The notes: a model not told the origin generated them from the letters alone. Numbered from the stretch's first letter, positions 38,225 to 50,037 are shown. The stretch: DNA of 64,000 nucleotides from Octopus sinensis (GCF_006345805.1 NC_043010.1:55366001-55430000), one strand, 5' to 3'. A program made the numbers and translations.

Positions 38225-38962
38225 GATGATATGTATGTACTAGAAGTCCATTTAATTCAAGGAACCAGATTAAATGCTCATCAGCTCTGATTTACAACGC
38301 ATTAAGTCCCCAGACGAAACTGTTGATTTACTGACAATTCTACAACTAAATTTTATCAATCTCCTGACAACCATGCTTGGTCCGTAACCTCTATACATCC
38401 CTTATCTTTACATTCTTTTACACTTTTATCATGGTTTTATCAGGTTTTTTTACTTTTATTTCTATTTCTATTTTTACTTTATAACCTTATGCCTTTACAT
38501 TTATTTATATTTCTTTATATTTCTTTATACCCCCTTTACATCTCCTTACACCTCTTTATATCTTTATCCTCTACATTTTTATATTATTCTATACTTACAC
38601 TTTTTATACATTTTTTATCCCTCGTCCCGAACTCTCGCCCCTCCATCTTCACCTCTATATATGTATTTATTTATTTACATTACCTCAACATCCAATTTTC
38701 CTCATTCTACATTGAGAGAAGAAAGAGATGGACGCTTCAATTCTATGCTGCTGCCGCATTATGTCGTACGTGAATGAGAGGATTTGCATCCCCAACCAAG
38801 AATTTTTGATGTAACACATGTCCTTGTGGAAGCTGTTGTGCGCGGCTGAAGAAGGCCACAGACATACATTATGCATTGTTATAAATCTGTCTAATAAAGG
38901 CCCGAAACATATGTACCGCTGAATCCTTCGCATCATGTTTTTATTTTATTTTGATCAATTTA
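38225..38962 (+). mobile_element. Penelope-like element 3' fragment including the right arm (38469-38962)
   Basis: The arm carries the hammerhead and ends at (TA)n. Upstream VLEVHLIQGTRLNAHQL* loosely resembles the LE..LI....LN end of PLE GIY-YIG endonucleases (weak). Confidence 0.7.
38842..38919 (+). ncRNA. Minimal type I hammerhead ribozyme motif (copy 2)
   Basis: GCGG (stem I) - CUGAAGA - A GGCC..GGCC C (stem II) - GAAA - C AUAU G (palindromic ACAUAUGU stem III) - UA (GUA cleavage after 38915) - CCGC (stem I). The first stem II position is A.C rather than the canonical pair. Confidence 0.75.
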
Positions 38963-39119
38963 TATATATATGTGTGTATATATGTATATATATATTTATA
39001 TCAACATATGTATGTGTATACATATATATATATATATACATATATGTTTATATACAAATATTCACACTCACACTCACACACACGCGAGCGAGCGCACACA
39101 CACATACACACACACACAT

Positions 39120-39340
39120 ATACATTGTGCGGTGTATAACCTGTCGTCTAAATTATGCAAGAATGAAAATAACCCTGGCATTTCATTCTTGAAAAACTAA
39201 AGAATACGTTTATTCAATAAAATCGCCATTGGCTTCAACTACGGCCTCCAGACTACTTCGGAATCTCTTCCAACTCTTTTGGACGGTGTCCTTGTTTAAG
39301 TTGGTGAACGCTGCCATAATGCTTGCCTTCACTCATCTTT
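39120..39340 (-). mobile_element. Tc1/mariner transposase C-terminal relic plus 3' end
   Basis: 39210-39340 reads KDE/(frameshift)KASIMAAFTNLNKDTVQKSWKRFRSSLEAVVEANGDFIE*, matching the RF..RLEAVV.A.G..E end of Tc1/mariner transposases. Confidence 0.8.
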
Positions 39341-39984
39341 TGTGAGTGAATGTATGTATATGTCTAATTGTACATGTGTGTGTATCACTTGTTAACGTGT
39401 TGTCTGTATGTTGTCCACTGCGGTACATTCAAAACTGGTGTTTTCTATATACCCTGGTTACCTAATATATCCTACTTGTGTATTCGGTTAAGGGAATATT
39501 TGTGGAAGCTTTTCACCCGTGCGGTTTTATATGTTTGCGTTTAGCTTTCACCTCTAAACCTACGGTTTTCATATGTTTGTATCACTGTAGCTTAAGAATC
39601 CTATATTCCACTATAAAAGACAGATAGATAATTAACTCCGCAAAGCTTAGATGGCAGATATGATTAATCCTCTGAAGTCGGAGTCCCAGAATGTGTTACT
39701 GTTTGAAACCTGTTAAAGAATGAAATATAAATTTCTTTTTACTCTAATGGAAGATAAATAAATAGTACAATCAAAGGCCTTGGACTTAGATCACATGTGT
39801 TCAAATTCAAACCTCATTGGCATTCGGGTTTTACATACATTTGCTAGTGGTACCACTAAGCTGACTTTACCTGGAGATATTAAAAAAACGTCTTACGATG
39901 TGGCATGGTGGTTTTGACAATTTATTCATTATTTAGTTAAAGACGGTGTACCAGTAAAATCACTGGAATGGTGGACACACTGTT

Positions 39985-40545
39985 TAGCGTTATTTATTCT
40001 GGAGTTTCTGTCTGATTTCGAATTCCGTTAAGGTTAAATTTGCCTTTCCTTCTGTCGGGATAGATGTAAATCAGTACCGGGTGAGCATTGGGTTAATGTA
40101 ATCGTCTTGCTCCCCACTACTATAAAATTTCAGGCCTTGTGTCCATAGAAGAAAGAATTTATATATTGATTTCAAATTTTGGCAATGGGACAGAGATTTG
40201 GAGACGGGTGGAATTCGATTACGTCCACCCAGTGTTCAAGTGGTACTTATATCACCGATCCCTTAAAGATGAAAGGAAAAGTCTCCCATGGCGAAATCTG
40301 AACTTACGACGTAAGGACAGATGAAATGCCGCTAAGTAAATTGTTTGGCGTGCTAACGATTCTGCTAGTTCGCTGCCTAAGAGAGTTATATGTATCAGTT
40401 TTAAATTTTGGCTGAAAGCCAGTATTTCCTGGGAAAGTATGGAATGCAATGTCGACCCCGACATTTGAACCCAGAATGTAAAAATGAACGAATTGCCGCA
40501 AAGCAGGTTTTCCCTGTGTGCTAACGTTCTGCTACCTCACTGCCA
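39985..40545. mobile_element. Cluster of three diverged family B SINEs (plus about 39985-40160; minus about 40166-40378 and 40395-40545)
   Basis: Recognisable TTTGCCTTT..GGGATAG..AGTACC and reverse GATGAAAGG..GTCGACCCC..GCTAACG motifs. Confidence 0.7.
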
Positions 40546-40723
40546 GAAAGAAATCTGTATAGTAAAATTCATTAAACTATGAAAATTTGTAGGAGGCCAC
40601 ACGAACCACAAGAAATATTACTCGAATCAGCTTCAGGTTGCCCCCTCTTTGATTGATTTTTAAAGCAGCAGCTTAATGAACGATGGTGTTCTTGTGATCA
40701 AGGAAGAACTTCAGGTCTAATGT

Positions 40724-40771
40724 TCATGACGGCAATGGCTTTGATCTCAGATTTTCTTGTTCAGAGTCAAC
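40724..40771 (-). other. Candidate terminal exon piece (VDSEQENLRSKPLPS*)
   Basis: Strong acceptor TTTTATTTTTCGGTTCTGCTCCAG|G. The other two frames stop quickly. No upstream exon could be linked. Confidence 0.2.
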
Positions 40772-41339
40772 CTGGAGCAGAACCGAAAAATAAAAACAAA
40801 ACATCGTGAAGAAATGCAGCAACCTCTTAAATATAAAGATCAAACTCGATTTTAGAGGGATGTGAACATAAAACAATAAAATTAAATACTGAAAATCGTT
40901 TTAATTTTAGGCAAGTTCCCGCAATATTTTTCCCCCAGTTGATTGCCATTTTTTCAAAAATAAAACATTATAATTTGTTTTCCAGTATGATTTGAAAGAA
41001 AACATACAAATTGAAGTTGTTCAAAGGTAAATTTTTAATCAGACTTCAAGGAAAATACTTTGACATTTAAATGTTGCAACAAAAGACACACAACTTAGTC
41101 ATTGTTCTCTGAAGTTTGTTTAATTAATTGTTTTTGTTTGTATCTTTTTGTTTTCAAAATAATGCTTGATCTTTAAGCAGAAATCACGAAGAGAAATCAC
41201 GAAGTGTTTCTTTAAAAAATCTTTATAACTGAAAGTAGAAATCACCGCCGTTTAAGCCGTAACTCTCGGCGAGGTTTCAATTACTGCTGGTGCCCAGTAG
41301 CCTGACAAATAACTGTCTCTACTTTAAAGAATCTCATTT

Positions 41340-42040
41340 CGGTGGAGAAGGTTACTAGATAGCATCAACCCCGGTACGTGAATGCTTCTTTATTTACCCA
41401 CTTGGAATGTACGAAACGGAAAGTTGACCCCGGTACTTAAATACGTGGAACAAATAACCGAAGCATTTTGTTAGAGCTTCAAATAATTATATCAACTCAC
41501 AGCTCAAATGATTTTGAATTGAGGGCATAATGTCAGCAGCTTTGAAAGAAAGGCGTATTGGATTAAATTGGTTTCAAATTTTCATACAAGACCAACTATT
41601 TTGGGGGAGGGGGTAAGTCTATTACAATAACCCAAGTGCTTAACTGGTACTTATTTTGTCGATCCCGAAAAGATGAAATGCAAAATCGACCTGAGCGGAA
41701 TTTGAACACAGAATGTGCGGACAGATGAAATAACAACAACCTTCTTCCCGCGTTTGCTGACGATTCCACCATCTCACCACCTTCGTATTCAATTAAATTG
41801 ACACCAATAAACAGCCGTTATTTTATCCCTTTCTATTATAGGCACAAGGTCTGACAGTTGGGGGAGGAGGATAGTCGATTACTTCGACCCCAGTACTCAA
41901 CTAGTACTTATTTCATCGACCTCGAAAGGATGAAATTCACAATCGATCCATATTGGATTTTAACTCAGAAGGTAAAGAGAACCGAAATGCCATAAGCATT
42001 TTGTTCGGCGTACTTACGATTTTAACAGCGCACCACCTTT
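41340..42040 (-). mobile_element. Three diverged family B SINE copies
   Basis: Repeated AACTGGTACTTA..TCGA(T/C)CC..AAAGATGAAA motifs at about 41400, 41640 and 41900. Confidence 0.7.
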
Positions 42041-42104
42041 CTCTTGACTAATAATTCACATCACCTTCAAAAATGAAACAGAGAAGAACACTTTCGTTGT
42101 TGCT

Positions 42105-42400
42105 TCTTCTTCTTCTTCTTCTTCTTCCAATCAGGACTCACGCCGTTAGCCACAAAGAATAATCTCTAATTCGATCCTGCACTAAGTTGCTAAGAATGCG
42201 TGTGGCAACTTGAAGTTCCTCCCACCACACGCGATAGACTGGCGGTTGCACGGGTGCAAAAGATACGTTGTTATCCTCATTCCGTAAACGGTGGCTTTTT
42301 AACGGGTGAAGAGCTGAACCATCATGGGATACAGAGGATTTGCAATCTAGACTATGGTCTGAAAGTGTACCGCACCATAGTGTGTTAAACCACGGTTCTT
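42105..42400 (-). mobile_element. Probable decayed LINE 3' end with (AAG)n tail
   Basis: (TTC)n at 42105-42126. Minus frame ..WWEELQVATRILSNLVQDRIRDY.. has an RTE-like VQDR motif. Weak. Confidence 0.35.
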
Positions 42401-42404
42401 CTGC

Positions 42405-42610
42405 TTTGTGGCAGAAGTAGGAAGAAAGAGTGAGAGAAAATTTTTGTGGCGAAAGAGTACAGCAGGGTTCATCACCCCTCCCAGCCAGAGCTTCGTGGTG
42501 CTTAGGTGTTTTTGCTCAATGAGCACTCACAATGCCCGATCTGGGAATCGAAACCGCGTTCTTACAACCGCGATCCGCTGCCCTAACCACTAAGCCATTG
42601 CGCCTCCACT
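42405..42610 (-). mobile_element. SINE family C, 5' part
   Basis: GAAAGAGTACAGCAGGG..GGGAATCGAAACCGCG..CCCTAACCACT..GCGCCTCCAC. Confidence 0.85.
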
Positions 42611-43235
42611 ATTGCTGTTGTTGTTGCTTCTTGCTTGGTAGCAAAGTTTCATTTCCCTTAAGCATGCAAATTAACTTTGTGGAAGTAATTTCCCAATTCT
42701 AATAGAGTTACTAGCAATTGCCAACATTTTTTATATTCCTTTAAGGAGCATATTTCAGCGAATTATTTTTGTACACTTTTGCGTGCGTGTATATGAACGA
42801 GCTTAAATTTACTAATCTGTAAACAAGACATTTTCAAATTTGACTTCCCTTGGCTTAATGTCTCTTTAATTATGTAACTGATCCTGGCCAAAAATCATTA
42901 ACAAATCTTAAATATTTTTCCATGCGGAATAATTATCAGCTGATCATGAAAGCTTGAAAAAACAGTTCTATGTTGATCATTTATGACAGACCAAAATATT
43001 TTCACAGTTATAACTCACTGGACATGTAAAGTAAATTCGAAACCCATTTCTATATCGTCAAAGTTAAACTCAGGACTACCGTGATGACAGTTTCTCTCTT
43101 CAACACTTGATAATTTCAATGAATTACAATCATTTTTTGATACAGTATTCAACACAGTAACCCTCAAATTTCTTATTTGTTCTGTGTTATTGTTTCCACA
43201 TAACTCATTTTAGTTATAAATATTTGTCAAAAACT

Positions 43236-43620
43236 ATACTCTTTTACTTGTTTCAGTCATTTGACTGCGGCCATGCTGGAGCACCGCCTTTAGTCGAGCA
43301 ACTCGACCCCGGGACTTATTCTTTGTAAGCCCAGTACTTATTCTATCGGTCTCTTTTGCCGAACCGCTAGTGACGGGGACATAAACACACCAGCATCGGT
43401 TGTCAAGCAATACTAGGAGGACAAACACAGACACGCAAACACACATATACATATATACGACGGGATTCTTTCAGTTTCCGTCTACCAAATCCTCTCACAA
43501 GGCTTTGGTCGCCCCGAGGCTATAGTAGAAGACATTTTCCCAAGCTGCCACGCAGTGGGACTGAACCCGGAACCATGTGGTTGGTAAGCAAGCTACTTAC
43601 CACACAGCCACTCCTGCGCC
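43236..43620 (-). mobile_element. Full-length, well-conserved CORE-type SINE family A
   Basis: From TACTCTTTTACTTGTTTCAGTC to CAGCCACTCCTGCGCC. Confidence 0.93.
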
Positions 43621-43828
43621 TATGTTTAAAATTTAGATTTTCACACATCTTGAACAACCATAGTAATACATAAACATATTCACGGTCGCATACATACATA
43701 CCTCTATACGCTATGTTCCTCTATCGGAGTCACGAGGAATATATATTCATTCTGCCGGATGACTTTTGACTAGTCTCGTGGCTTTGCTTCATGTAAAGAG
43801 GAGTCGCCTCCCGTCAAACACCCTATAT

Positions 43829-44125
43829 ATGTGGAGGTTCAATGGCCCAGTGGTTAGGGCAGCGGACTCGCGGTCGCAGGATCGCGGTTTCGATTCCCAG
43901 ACCGGGCGTTGTGAGTGTTTACTGAGCGAAAACACCTAAAAGCTCCACGAGGCTCCGGCAGGGGGTGGGGATCCCTGCTGTACTCTTTCACCACTCTTTC
44001 TCCCACTCTTTCTTCTGTTGGCCTGCTCGCTTAGCCAGCGGGGTTGGCGTCATTTGAAGGCTAAAACAATACGAAGCGCATTGTGACCAGCGATGTGTAA
44101 CAACATCGGTCACGGTGATAGATAT
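43829..44125 (+). mobile_element. SINE family C
   Basis: GTGGAGG..TGGCCCAGTGGTTAGGGCAGCGGACTCGCGG..TTTCGATTCCCAGACCGGG..GGTCACGGTGATA. Confidence 0.9.
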
Positions 44126-44130
44126 ATAAA

Positions 44131-44190
<60 letters not shown>

Positions 44191-44546
44191 CTCTCTATAC
44201 AAGGACAAACAATTCATGAGAAAAAATATAACTTACAAATCGAATCCGTTGCAGCCCAGATTTCAATACAGGTAGTTGGGGGTTTTCTCTTCTTGGTAAC
44301 ACGTGCTGAAGAAATTAAGGTAATTTAAATCTATTTATTTATTTATTTTACTCGTCCATGTGAGTCCGTATACTTAAATGTATATTAAAAGATTTTATTA
44401 ACCTAATCTGCTTTCGGTTGATTTCTGTAGTTATCATCAGTGTATTTAATTTTGGCGATTAAAATAAGAGTTTTGACTGTTGTTTCCAGCAGGCAGACAT
44501 ACATTATGCCCTTTGATTAATTTTAAATTCATATATATATATATAT

Positions 44547-44954
44547 ACTAGCTGTATAGCCCGGCGTTGCTTGGGTTTGTTTTTTAGTTGCGCTTAAAAC
44601 GGCAGACTTTGATGTCGCGTTAAAAAAGTTTTGACATAGTTTCAATCTTTTTGGAAACGTAAACATTTTTCATTGTTGAAATACACCGATAAATGGCGAC
44701 ACAGCAGTCAAAATATCGTGAAAACTAGGGATTTTCGTAGAAAAGAAGCACCTTTTTTATGTAAATAATTTTTGGTCTTAACCGATTTGAACTTAGTCCG
44801 ATTTGAACTTTTTCTTCTACGGAATGAAGAGCAAGCCTTCTTCTATCAGACTCTCAAGTTTGGTCAACTTGCGCCGCAGGGTCTCGGAGGAAATAGTGTT
44901 AGTTGAAGGCTACCAATCAGGCCATTCACACACACAGACAAATTCAGCTTTATA
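44547..44954 (-). mobile_element. Non-autonomous Helentron/DINE-1-like element
   Basis: One end ACTAGC-N7-CCCGGCGTTGC, internal CCGATTTGAA..AAGTTTGGTCAA core, other end CACAGACAAATTCAGCTTTATAT. Flanked by (TA)n. Confidence 0.65.
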
Positions 44955-44956
44955 TG

Positions 44957-45008
<52 letters not shown>

Positions 45009-45046
45009 ATATATATAATATATATGTATATATATATATGTATATG

Positions 45047-45095
<49 letters not shown>

Positions 45096-45109
45096 GTATA
45101 TATATATAT

Positions 45110-45140
<31 letters not shown>

Positions 45141-45157
45141 GTATATATATATATATT

Positions 45158-45195
<38 letters not shown>

Positions 45196-45344
45196 GTATA
45201 TATATATATGTATATATATATATTGTATATATATATATATATATATATTATATATGTATATATATGTATGTATATGTATGTATATACATGCATGTATATG
45301 TATGTATATACATGCATGTATATGTATGTATATATACATGTATG

Positions 45345-45375
<31 letters not shown>

Positions 45376-45955
45376 GCATGTATATGTATGTATATACATG
45401 CATGTATATGGATGTATATACATGCATGTATATGGATGTATATACATGCATGTATATAGATGTATATACATGCATGTATATAGATGTCTATACATGCATG
45501 TATATAGATGTATATACATGCATGTATATAGATGTATATACATGCATGTATATAGATGTATATACATGCATGTATATAGATGTATATACATGCATGTATA
45601 TGTATGTATATACATACATACATGCATGTATATGTATGTATATACATGCATGTATATGTATGTATATACATGCATGTATATGTATGTATAGACATGCAAG
45701 TATATGTATGTCTATACATGCATGTATATGTATGTCTATACATGCATGTATATGTATGTCTATACATTAATGTATATGTATGTATATGTATGTATATACA
45801 TGCATGTACATGTATGTATATACATGTATGTACGTGTATGAATATGTATGTATATACATGTATGTATATGTATGTATATATACATGTATGTATATATATA
45901 TATATGTATGTATATGTATGTATATATATGTATGTATATTTGTATATATATATAG
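44955..45955. repeat. (TA)n tract grading into a 24-bp palindromic minisatellite (45278-45770)
   Basis: Unit ATGTATATACATGCATGTATAT(AG/GT/GG). Confidence 0.93.
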
Positions 45956-45959
45956 CTCA

Positions 45960-46330
45960 TACATGAGATAGATATTCTCCGTATAGAATACACTTAGTAA
46001 TGACCAAGAGAAGTAAACTTGAGCAGGTATAGAAGTAAAATTATGGAGAAGAAAGTGAGAATATCAATATATAAAGTATATTGCATGCATGAAATACAAA
46101 GAATGTATATATGTATACATATAAAAAAAGGACTACATACACAGAGTACAAATGTTATAAAGGATTGAAGGGTATTAGGAAAAGTATTACAGATCCGACA
46201 ACTGCTTGTGGGGGCTCCGTGGTCAATGATAATATTAGATGATTGATTCCATCGTAAGATGTGATAAGCCCCCATCTTCAGGGAATACATCTTACATTTG
46301 AGATGTTAAAAGGAAGACGGATTCGTAATA
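45960..46330 (-). mobile_element. Decayed Penelope-like terminal-repeat fragment
   Basis: Contains the hammerhead-like motif at 46194-46284 followed by T-rich sequence running into the microsatellite. Confidence 0.5.
46194..46284 (-). ncRNA. Decayed minimal type I hammerhead motif
   Basis: Minus strand UCC-CUGAAGA-UGGGGGCU..AGCCCCCA-CAAGC(for GAAAC)-AGUU-GUC-GGA. Stem I, 8-bp stem II and GUC triplet intact; two substitutions in GAAAC. Confidence 0.6.
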
Positions 46331-46385
46331 CTGTTACTCAAACCCTTTCATTTTCTGTATCATTTGTATTCCGAGGCGAACATTT

Positions 46386-46768
46386 ATCTCTCTCTATATA
46401 AACGGCAGTTTGTCTGTGCGTTTTCTGTGTGTCTGTTTTCTCGTACCCTCACTCTGACCACGGCTTTCAACCGATTCTGATGAAACTTGACACACACATA
46501 GCCCAATGTCATAATTCAAAACTAACGGAGCGAAAATTTTGAAAAGTTCCCCCAGTTCTGAAAAACATCGATAAATTCGACATGGGGTCGAGAATCAGAA
46601 ACCCAAACAACAGACCGTCTAGGGGACGCAACTCCACCTTTTTTAACTAAAAAAAAATTTACCATCATTTTTTTCCATTTTTTTGCTATTTTTTGGCTAT
46701 AACTCTCTAAAAATGCTTTATAGTTATTTCCCTTACAAACCTGAGCAACGCCGGGCGATACTGCTAGT
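46386..46768 (+). mobile_element. Non-autonomous Helentron/DINE-1-like element, second subfamily
   Basis: Start ATCTCTCTCTATATAAAC..TTTGTCTGTG, core ACCGATTCTGATGAAACTTG, end GCAACGCCGGG-N7-GCTAGT, then (TA)n. Confidence 0.7.
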
Positions 46769-47077
46769 ATATATATATATACATATATACATTCATTGTA
46801 TTTCATGTATATAATACATGAAATACTTTATATATTGTTCTGCGTTACTTGCTCATCACGACATCTATTTGCATAAATATACGTTTGTACACACAAGCAC
46901 ATGCGCATGCGCACACATATAACAACAGATGTATAATGTATCAATTCATTACAGCTATTTCCAACGAATTCTTTATTCATTTATAGAGACATAATATCAT
47001 TAGAAGAAGCCGTTTTCATCAGTTAATTGCATAAACCACAACATACATCTACTTATGTATGTACGTTTCTCTCCCCC

Positions 47078-47099
<22 letters not shown>

Positions 47100-47112
<13 letters not shown>

Positions 47113-47145
47113 CATTTGTATATATATGTATTAATTATTTCCTTT

Positions 47146-47181
<36 letters not shown>

Positions 47182-47212
47182 TTGTATATACATGTATTAA
47201 TTATGTTTTTTA

Positions 47213-47243
<31 letters not shown>

Positions 47244-47385
47244 TTGTATATATATGTATTAATTATTTCCTTTACACATATATATATATATACGTTTGTA
47301 TATATATGTATTAAATATTTCCTTTACATATATATATATACACATTTGTATATGTGTATTAATTATTTCCTTTACACATATATAT
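47100..47385. repeat. About 55-bp minisatellite, five copies
   Basis: Core CATTTGTATATATATGTATTAATTATTTCCTTTACACA separated by variable (TA)n. Confidence 0.9.
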
Positions 47386-48015
47386 ATATAATACATATAT
47401 GTATATACATATGTATATATAAAGACATATATACATCTGAATGTATATACGTAAATATATATATTTGTATGTGTATATATATGTTTGTGTATATATATAT
47501 ATATATGTATTTGTTTGTGTGTGTGTGTGTGTGTGCGTGTGTGTTATGTGATTGCAATCTTTATGAATATATATCCAAAATGGCATCTATGCTGTTACAA
47601 CACCATTTTAACAGTTACGTCTCATTTGAATTGAATTTCATATAAAATAGGCAATAATTGCAAATATAATACGGGAAAAAATTATCGTCCATTATTTCTC
47701 TTCCAAATGTAATATCATCTATTCACATCTCAAATTGTTTTGAATATTGAAGAAAATTACTGAAATCTCTTGCACATCGTCATCAAGTACGGAGAGACCT
47801 CTTGAGAAAATAGCGTTGGCATGTATTAACAGGAGAATATTCGTACAAGTGATTCATTACAACAAATTTCATCAGTAAACATATCAGCATCTGTAGCTTT
47901 GTTATTTGGTAGCGGTCTTTGAAAAACAAAATTTACAACTTTTTTAAAATCAGAATTCGAGGTTTTAAATTTTTTTTATTCAAGAATCAGTTCTTTGGCA
48001 AAGTGAAATAACATC

Positions 48016-48438
48016 TTTTACTCCTTTACTTGTTTCAGTCATTTGACTGCGGCCATGCTGGAGCACCGCCTTTAGTCGAGCAAATCAACCCCAGGACTTA
48101 TTCTTTGTAAACCTAGTACTTATCCTATCGGTCTCTTTTGGCAAACCACTAAGTTACAGGGACGTAAACACACCAGCATCGGTTGTCAAGTGATGTTGGG
48201 GGGACAAACACAGACACACAAACACACACTCACACACAAACACACACACACACGCACACATATACATATATACTACGGGCTTTTTTCAGTTTTCCCTCTA
48301 CTAAATCCACTCACAAGTCTTTGGTCGGCCCGAGGCTATAGTAGAAGACACTTGCCCAAGGTCCCACGCAGTGGGACTCAACCCGGAACCATGTTGTTGG
48401 TAAGCAAGTTACTTACCACATAGCTACTACTGTGCCTA
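48016..48438 (-). mobile_element. Full-length CORE-type SINE family A
   Basis: CTTTACTCCTTTACTTGTTTCAGTC..GGGACTCAACCCGGAACCATG..CTTACCACA. Confidence 0.92.
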
Positions 48439-49109
48439 TATTTGGTAGCGCCTTTGAAAAACAAAATTGACAACTTTGTTAAATCAGAATTCGCAGTTTT
48501 AAATTTGTTATTCAAGAAACCCATGGTTTTATTCTAGAAACAGCATCGTTTTACTATTATCATAAAAGTGAAATTCTCTCATCTGCAACCCCTGTATCTT
48601 AGTCTAAATTCGCTTTATATAAACATATTGCATATTTTTCGAATCAGAATGACCAGGGATAGAAAATTTGCCCTTCATTTTCTTCTTAATCATCCACCAT
48701 TGAGATCTGGTTTAAAAACAGCTAGGTTGCTAATTCTAGCAAATAAATCTTCGCTGAATGGCGCCGTTGCGGTTGGCGTTTTGTCAGATGACGTCGGATA
48801 AAGGAGAAATAAATTAAATTCGCTTCTTTAATTTTACGTCGAAATAAGAACTTTGGGACCAGTTGGCCTACAGTTGGAATAGAGAATTTTACAAGAGAAT
48901 GATTGCATTGCAGAATTAATTTTCATACTTACGATCAAACACCATCGGGGGAATATAATCATTATAGATGTATTGGAGTCATGCTATCTAGCTCACGTTA
49001 CATTTGGGGCGATAGAGCAATTAGCCCTCTGCAGGAGTCATCTCAAAAGTCTTCACGATGTGCAGCTTTTAATATAGTTATTTTAAGCTAGTTCTTAAGT
49101 TGATGGCTG

Positions 49110-49275
49110 TGATCTGAGAGAATTGTTTGCACGCCGGGCAAAATCCTTTACTATATTTCGCCCGTTTTTACGTGCTGAGTTCAAATTCCGCGGATTTCAA
49201 TTTTACTTTTCGAGATCGATGAAAGAATTACTCGCCGAGCACTCCTCGTAACTTCTGCCTTTCTGCCAAAATTTG
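49110..49275 (+). mobile_element. Diverged family B SINE
   Basis: GCACGCCGGGCAAAAT..TTTACGTGCTGAGTTCAAATTCCGCGG. Confidence 0.65.
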
Positions 49276-49625
49276 ACTTCGTGCTCATCAAGAACATTAC
49301 GATCGTTCTCGTCAACTTTCACCGTCATCACAACCTTAGTTCCTTTCACCATTCGGCCACATCATTGTCGAAGTTGTTCTCGTCGTCTAGTCGCAGTCAT
49401 AATCAAGGGCGTCGTCGTCATCATCAACATCATTCTTACAGTCCTCATTGCTTTCATAGCTAACCAATAATGCAAGGCTTTATCACATTTTTATTCATCT
49501 ATTTTCATCTATTATCTGCATTCGGCTAGAAGCTATCGTTGGTAACGTGTGCTGTTATGAGTGAATGTATGCACACATTTATGCATGTAATTCTATACTT
49601 ACTTACATACATATAAATACGTATA

Positions 49626-49703
<78 letters not shown>

Positions 49704-49806
49704 ATATATACATACATACATATAGACAGATAGATAGATACATAGATACATAGACAGATAGATACGTATGTAAGTGAATATATGTGCGTCTGAGTGAGTA
49801 AGACTG

Positions 49807-50037
49807 TTAGTTATTTAGTTAGTTAATTTTTTGGCTCAAAAAGCAAAAATCAAGGCCATATAGGGGGACATGGAGTTATGTACAGGGTAGTGTTCATGTA
49901 AAGAGTTCAGGCCACTTGTGGTCAAGGGAGACTTTGAACCGAGCGGTCGTCGGCATCTTCACTATCTCGTCCGGCAGCTTATTCCACTGATCCGCAACTC
50001 GGACGGAGAAAGCCCCTCTCCTTCGATTGAGATGAAT
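49807..50037 (-). mobile_element. CR1-clade LINE 3' end, third family
   Basis: Minus frame HLNRRRGAFSVRVADQWNKLPDEIVKMPTTARFKVSLDHKWPELFT* (classic FS.RV...WN.LP...V......FK..LD). (TAAC)n tail. Confidence 0.85.

Noticed and set aside
43829-43905. tRNA gene
   Set aside because: The tRNA-like sequence is a SINE head: A/B boxes are present, but there is no complete cloverleaf and it continues into the SINE body.
44903-45770. Long 250-270-aa ORFs with CIYMHVY repeats
   Set aside because: Translations of (TA)n and the 24-bp minisatellite; open on both strands.
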